This document shows, one piece after another, positions 29,528 to 33,952 of a DNA stretch of 33,952 bases. A model generated the notes under the pieces. That model had not been told where the DNA came from, did not search any database, and saw only the letters and a list, made by a program, of their open reading frames with translations. Every line of letters starts with the position of its first letter. The first letter of the stretch is position 1. The stretch is taken from assembly GCF_937976295.1 (NCBI RefSeq), contig NZ_CALJRY010000298.1, forward strand, positions 1 to 33,952, written 5' to 3'. The position numbers and the translations under genes were made by a program. The DNA comes from an uncultured Rothia sp. Its GTDB lineage: Bacteria > Actinomycetota > Actinomycetes > Actinomycetales > Micrococcaceae.

Positions 29528-29671
29528 GACGATAGCTGGTCCTCATCGCTTTCTCGTCGGTCTTTGTAGACGTTTTACAGATGGTTTGTGTAGGGGTGCT
29601 TGAGGCCCGGTACCGAGCATCAAGCTATAGGGCTGTTCGTCCGCCCCGACGGGTATATAGCTACCCGTCAC

Positions 29672-31234
29672 CTACATGATGGTCATGCCACCAATTCGTT
29701 TCTTTGATTCCTCCACCTGAGCCTCCTTCAAATTGGACACTCGCTCGATGCTGAACGTGCCCAGAAGGATTCCGGAGGTCAGGTCCTTCACCTCCGCGTG
29801 GATAATCTGATCACGATCGTAGCTGTAGGTGATGGATAGCGGTGCGCCCTTAGGGTAAGGCGGCATGCGAAGGGTCGCTTCACCCACTAGAGTGACAAAA
29901 TCTGGATCCCTGTCATCTCCCTGAGTCACACGGAATTTGACTTCGCTCTGGTAGTCACAGACGGTCTTTACAGTAGTCGTCTCGTTCGCCGGCAAGGGAG
30001 TATTACGGGGGATGATGATGCTGTTGATCTCATCCTTCTCGTTCTCGTCCAGTACCAGCACGCCCAGTCCCTGACTTGTCACGTCCTGCACACGCACCGG
30101 GGCACCGATGTAGCCTTCAACTGCTGAGCGTCCGCCAAGGTATCCGACGGTCTCCTGGCTTTCCGGTGCCAGAAGTGCCGCCTGTACCGCTGCTCCGAGA
30201 GCTACAGCTTCATCGGGGTTGATGCTCGTATCTGGTTCTTTCCCGCTCAGGGTCTTGAGCATTGCGCGAACGGCAGGAACACGGGTAGACCCACCGACCA
30301 GAAGCACACGGGAGATGTCAGACCAGTTCAGACGCGCTGATTCCAGGGTATCGATGACCAGGTCACGTGTGCGGCGCAGAAGACGCTCAATGCGTCGTTC
30401 AAACTCTGCACGCTCAATAGTGACTCGGTACGAGGCGTTCCCGGCAGCGATCTGTACGGTGGCAGTCGGCGCCGAGGACAGGGTTTTCTTCACCTGTTCC
30501 GCCTGCTCACGCACTACGTTCAGAGTGTTCAGGTCGTCGAGGCAGCTGGGGCCTCCCTGCGAACGGACCTGTTCATCGATCATGAGCTGCAGTTCGCTGT
30601 CGAAGTCATACCCGCCCAGTCGGCGGTCACCGTCCGTTGCTAGAACCGTGAAATCGCCACCTGAAACGTTCAGGATGGTCACGTCAAAGGTACCGCCGCC
30701 CAGATCGTACACCAGGACAGTCTCATGGGTATTTCCCCTCGTGGAGACGCCATATGCGAGCGCCGCAGCCGTGGGTTCGTTCAGTACACCCAGCACGTTG
30801 AGCCCAGCAATTTCACCGGCGTGGCGGGTCGCTAGGCGGCGTGCATCGTCAAAGTATGCGGGCACGGTAATTACCGCGTCCGTGACGGGGACGTTCATCT
30901 GCATCTCGACGTCTTCTTTCAAACGACGCAGAATCATTGCGGAGATTTCCTCCGAGGTGTAGCTGGATCCCGTAGCCGAGTCGAAACGCCAGCTGGACTC
31001 GCCCATGTACCGCTTAACATGCTGAGCAACATCTGAACCGACACGGCTTGCGTGCTGTTTTGCTTGAACGCCAATCAGGGGCTCGTCACCAGCGCCGTAG
31101 TCCTGCAGCAGGACTACAGAGGGGGTCGTATTTGCCCCGTCGCGGTTTCGCACAATCCGCGGCACGCCGGTGGGATCCACCACAGCAGCGGCGGAGTTGG
31201 TTGTGCCCAGGTCAATTCCGATGGCAATTCCCAT
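29672..31234 (-). CDS. Hsp70-family chaperone A (~520 aa, no helical lid)
   Basis: Same Hsp70 motifs as chaperone B. Start placed at ATG 31234 (MGIAIGIDLGTTNS), 6 nt after GGAG and matching the paralogue; track start is 31246. Confidence 0.95.
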   Translation of the reverse strand: MGIAIGIDLGTTNSAAAVVDPTGVPRIVRNRDGANTTPSVVLLQDYGAGDEPLIGVQAKQHASRVGSDVAQHVKRYMGESSWRFDSATGSSYTSEEISAMILRRLKEDVEMQMNVPVTDAVITVPAYFDDARRLATRHAGEIAGLNVLGVLNEPTAAALAYGVSTRGNTHETVLVYDLGGGTFDVTILNVSGGDFTVLATDGDRRLGGYDFDSELQLMIDEQVRSQGGPSCLDDLNTLNVVREQAEQVKKTLSSAPTATVQIAAGNASYRVTIERAEFERRIERLLRRTRDLVIDTLESARLNWSDISRVLLVGGSTRVPAVRAMLKTLSGKEPDTSINPDEAVALGAAVQAALLAPESQETVGYLGGRSAVEGYIGAPVRVQDVTSQGLGVLVLDENEKDEINSIIIPRNTPLPANETTTVKTVCDYQSEVKFRVTQGDDRDPDFVTLVGEATLRMPPYPKGAPLSITYSYDRDQIIHAEVKDLTSGILLGTFSIERVSNLKEAQVEESKKRIGGMTIM

Positions 31235-31289
31235 CGTTTTCTCCATCCCTCGTCGATTAGTGTTTATTCACGGAACGCCACATCTCTGA

Positions 31290-31334
31290 GGCTCCGTATA
31301 GGTTGGCTCCGTATAGGTTGGCTCCGTCTAGGTT
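31290..31334. repeat. 3 x 15-bp tandem repeat abutting the lipoprotein stop codon
   Basis: GGCTCCGTATAGGTT x2 followed by GGCTCCGTCTAGGTT. Confidence 0.85.
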
Positions 31335-31957
31335 TAGAAGGTCGTGTATGAGTCCCTACTCATGAACGCGCCGTGACCAGTTGTGTGGTCCCAGCAGGTC
31401 ACGCCCTTTTCCGTCGCGCCACAGACGATGTTCCCGCTGTACACGCTGGTGTTATACAGCAGCACGGCATCAGTCTGGGTAAAGGTTTCAGGGGTTTCGT
31501 GAGAGGTCAGGCGTGCTTCTTCTGCGGTGAAATCAATCCACCAGAGGGGCTCGCCATCGGCTGCTACTCCGTAGGGTTTATCGTCGTAATAGTTCACGAT
31601 TCCACACCCAAATTTTCCGTCGATATTCTGGCAAATAATGTTGCCGGTCGGAGAGCGGAAAATCGGAGCGGTCAGCCCGTTACGGGTCGTTGAAGAAAGC
31701 AGCTCAACAGCATCGGAGGGGATGCGCTTCTCCCCTGCTCCGGGGTATGCATCGGCCGGGATCTTCCCCTTCTTGGGGGTGCTCGAGGAGCTGAACTGGA
31801 TACCGCGGAAGAGGTTCTCCACGAATCCTCCGCCGCTACCATCGGGATGTGTGTACCCCCAGATATTTCCACATCCGGTCAGCAGGCAGGCTAGAGTAAT
31901 GGCCAGCGTGGCACCCACGCCACGGCGAGGTTGCTTCTTCTTATTGTCAACGTTCAT
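31334..31957 (-). CDS. Putative lipoprotein with a Cys-containing beta-rich domain
   Basis: Basic N-terminus, hydrophobic stretch and lipobox LTG|C; FRSPTGNIIC...C...C...VTC pattern recalled from actinobacterial secreted hypotheticals; AAGGAAG RBS. Confidence 0.8.
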   Translation of the reverse strand: MNVDNKKKQPRRGVGATLAITLACLLTGCGNIWGYTHPDGSGGGFVENLFRGIQFSSSSTPKKGKIPADAYPGAGEKRIPSDAVELLSSTTRNGLTAPIFRSPTGNIICQNIDGKFGCGIVNYYDDKPYGVAADGEPLWWIDFTAEEARLTSHETPETFTQTDAVLLYNTSVYSGNIVCGATEKGVTCWDHTTGHGAFMSRDSYTTF

Positions 31958-31992
31958 TGTTCTTCCTTCCTGCGGCCTTCCTGTAAGGGCTC

Positions 31993-32026
31993 CCGTAGAG
32001 CCCGGCTAGTGTGCCGGGCTCTACGG
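31993..32026. other. Perfect 14-bp intergenic stem-loop within the operon
   Basis: CCGTAGAGCCCGGC-TAGTGT-GCCGGGCTCTACGG; no U-tract. Confidence 0.75.
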
Positions 32027-32037
32027 CTGACAAACGG

Positions 32038-33952
32038 TTACACGCCCCAGGGTAGTACCCCGCGGCGGGCCTTCGTCAGCGCTTCACGTCCATCCGGGTC
32101 GGTTTCCATCTTCTCTTCAAATGCTCGGTACTGGTCGAGCACCATTGCGTCAATGACCTCACGTTCACGAGAGCCGAAGATGGGAGTAGGTAGTAGCTCT
32201 TCCAGGCGGCGAAGGACTGCCTGAGAAATAAGCATTGTGCCTTCCGTCTTGTAGAGGTAGGGCAATGCGTAGCCCACGCGAAGTACCGTCACCGGCAATC
32301 CCCATTCGTAATGAATGGTGAAGGCGAGGTTCTCGGTCAGCTCAGCGACCTCATGATCGAAAGTACCGCTCTGGAATTTTGCCGGATACGACACATCGTA
32401 GGGCGCACCGGGTTCGCATTCCACGCATCGACGGTAATGCTCCGAGAGAGGGATCGGCTGCTCGTAGAGCTTGCCGTCGGTGCGGTAGGTCGCGGTAGAG
32501 CAGGGGGTCTGCTCGTACCTCTCGTCGTAGTCCAGAGCGCCGGTTTCAAGAATGATAACCTTCGGGTTGTACGCGCTAAGTTGCGTCAACAGGCTGTTGA
32601 GGGCTTCGTCCCGCTGGATATCAGGCACCTGCCCGTAAACGAGTACGAGGTGATGGTCAGGGGTTACCCCCTCCTCACCGGGCAGGAGCATATGCCGAAT
32701 TCGCATTTCCAGAGCTTCGTCACTCTCGTAGAGTGCCTTATTCATCTGGTCAACGCGGAAGGAGCGTTCCTCCGGCGCCATGAGGGCGACGGTACGCAGA
32801 GGCTGGCAGTTCGTCCAGCGGCTGTCCTTCGGACCGCGACGGTAATCCACCATACCGGGGTACACGCCAAATACAACGGTGCATTCGGCACCTTCAGCCA
32901 GCTCCTGAGCCATCCGCTGTGCGTTCATCTCCTGTTCCATGTTCTCGGAAGCGGATGCTTCGTCTTCAGCCGCGTTCTTGATATCCACCTGAATGTTGGG
33001 GTTACGGGTGACCTCGTACCATTGGGCGTTCGGGTCCTTCGAGAAGGTTGAGGCTCGGTACACTATTTCGGCGTATGCCTCAAACTCGACTGCCACGCGT
33101 GTGGCCAACTCAAAATCCCAGATAATTCCTTGGACAATGTCCACGTCAATCGGCAACTCTTCTACCTGCGGGTATTCTTCGGCCGCCTGCATACGATTCG
33201 TCTGCCAGGCGGTCAGGGCATGGCTACCTGCAGCCATCTGGTAGGTCATTTGGTAGAGCGCTTCAACCGATTGGATGTCCTGCAGCAGTTCTTCGCCGAA
33301 GGGGAAATACTCCGTCTCACGCAGGTGGTTCGTCAAAATCCACAGCATGTGCGATGCTCCCCAAACGTGAGGTCCCATACCCAAAATCTGAGGAACACTA
33401 ATGCGGTAGATGTAGACGTTCAGGGTGCTCTTATTCCCGAATATCTCGGCGATTTCTTCAGCACTCAGAGAGGAACCAATTTCCGGGGTAGATTTGATGA
33501 GATCGTTGCCTTCAATGCAGGGTGTTTTACCGCGACCATCGGCGGGAAAAGCCGAGTGGTCCTTCCAGAAAACGCGGGGCTTGAATGAGCTGTGCAGGCT
33601 GAGGTTAACAATCTCTTCGCGCTGCCCTTTGGCGGTTCCAGGCGCGCCCTTCATGGGCACAGAGTAGGTGGTAAATGATTCATAGCCGGGGCCCAGCTTC
33701 TCATTGGCTACACCAATAATGTGGGAGGCTAGCACGTACACCTTAGTACGGTTCCAGGTTTCGGCGGCGCGAAGTTTCGAGGCGAAAAGGGCCAGCTTGG
33801 CGTAGAACCCCTGGGGGTTCCTATCCGGTGCATCACCGGTTACCAAGTACAGTCGAGGCGTTCCGTACAGGCTGGATAGCGCATACTTCTGGTTGGCGGG
33901 CCCAAAGTCTGCGCCCATTACCAGGTGGCATACGGGAGGGTTCAGGGGAGGT
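32038..33952 (-). CDS. Large hypothetical protein (at least 626 aa), probably 5'-truncated by the window
   Basis: The frame stays open from ATG 33918 to the window edge (...PPLNPPVCHLV-MGADF), with no RBS before 33918. No family recognised. Confidence 0.75.
   Translation of the reverse strand, partial: PPLNPPVCHLVMGADFGPANQKYALSSLYGTPRLYLVTGDAPDRNPQGFYAKLALFASKLRAAETWNRTKVYVLASHIIGVANEKLGPGYESFTTYSVPMKGAPGTAKGQREEIVNLSLHSSFKPRVFWKDHSAFPADGRGKTPCIEGNDLIKSTPEIGSSLSAEEIAEIFGNKSTLNVYIYRISVPQILGMGPHVWGASHMLWILTNHLRETEYFPFGEELLQDIQSVEALYQMTYQMAAGSHALTAWQTNRMQAAEEYPQVEELPIDVDIVQGIIWDFELATRVAVEFEAYAEIVYRASTFSKDPNAQWYEVTRNPNIQVDIKNAAEDEASASENMEQEMNAQRMAQELAEGAECTVVFGVYPGMVDYRRGPKDSRWTNCQPLRTVALMAPEERSFRVDQMNKALYESDEALEMRIRHMLLPGEEGVTPDHHLVLVYGQVPDIQRDEALNSLLTQLSAYNPKVIILETGALDYDERYEQTPCSTATYRTDGKLYEQPIPLSEHYRRCVECEPGAPYDVSYPAKFQSGTFDHEVAELTENLAFTIHYEWGLPVTVLRVGYALPYLYKTEGTMLISQAVLRRLEELLPTPIFGSREREVIDAMVLDQYRAFEEKMETDPDGREALTKARRGVLPWGV

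Noticed and set aside
26520..31234. Calling either Hsp70 the housekeeping dnaK
   Set aside because: Both are about 100 aa too short, with no lid, a non-canonical linker, and no hspR or Zn-finger dnaJ nearby.
31290..31334. Short direct repeats as a mini-CRISPR
   Set aside because: The 15-bp units are contiguous with no spacers, and no cas genes are present.

Overview
High-GC actinobacterial chromosome segment; gene content and style suggest Micrococcaceae, possibly Rothia (inference). From 1 to 24.2 kb it is mostly core metabolism: the 5' end of a class II DAHP synthase, a PlsC-like acyltransferase, a carboxylesterase, a long-chain acyl-CoA synthetase with an unusual 11/22-mer helical tail, mycothione reductase, a ParA-family ATPase, two MerR-family regulators, gcvH, putA with a divergent LysR regulator, a Tat-secreted protein paired with a likely beta-propeller, and a SorC/DeoR regulator with glpD-glpF-glpK. 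From 24.3 kb to the end is a minus-strand accessory operon: a large unknown protein (open to the window edge), a lipoprotein, Hsp70-A, membrane J-protein A, Hsp70-B, membrane J/TPR protein B and GrpE. Both Hsp70s lack the helical lid. The J domains carry HPN and HPE instead of HPD, and the Hsp70 beside the HPN protein has lost the Arg that normally contacts the HPD Asp, suggesting two insulated, co-evolved chaperone pairs. Other highlights are a ~700-nt ORF-poor, hairpin-dense region between the MerR genes (candidate large structured RNA), a flip in strand composition bias near 9.8 kb consistent with a replication terminus, and recurrent short tandem duplications right after stop codons. All calls were made by eye; no searches or folding programs were run.
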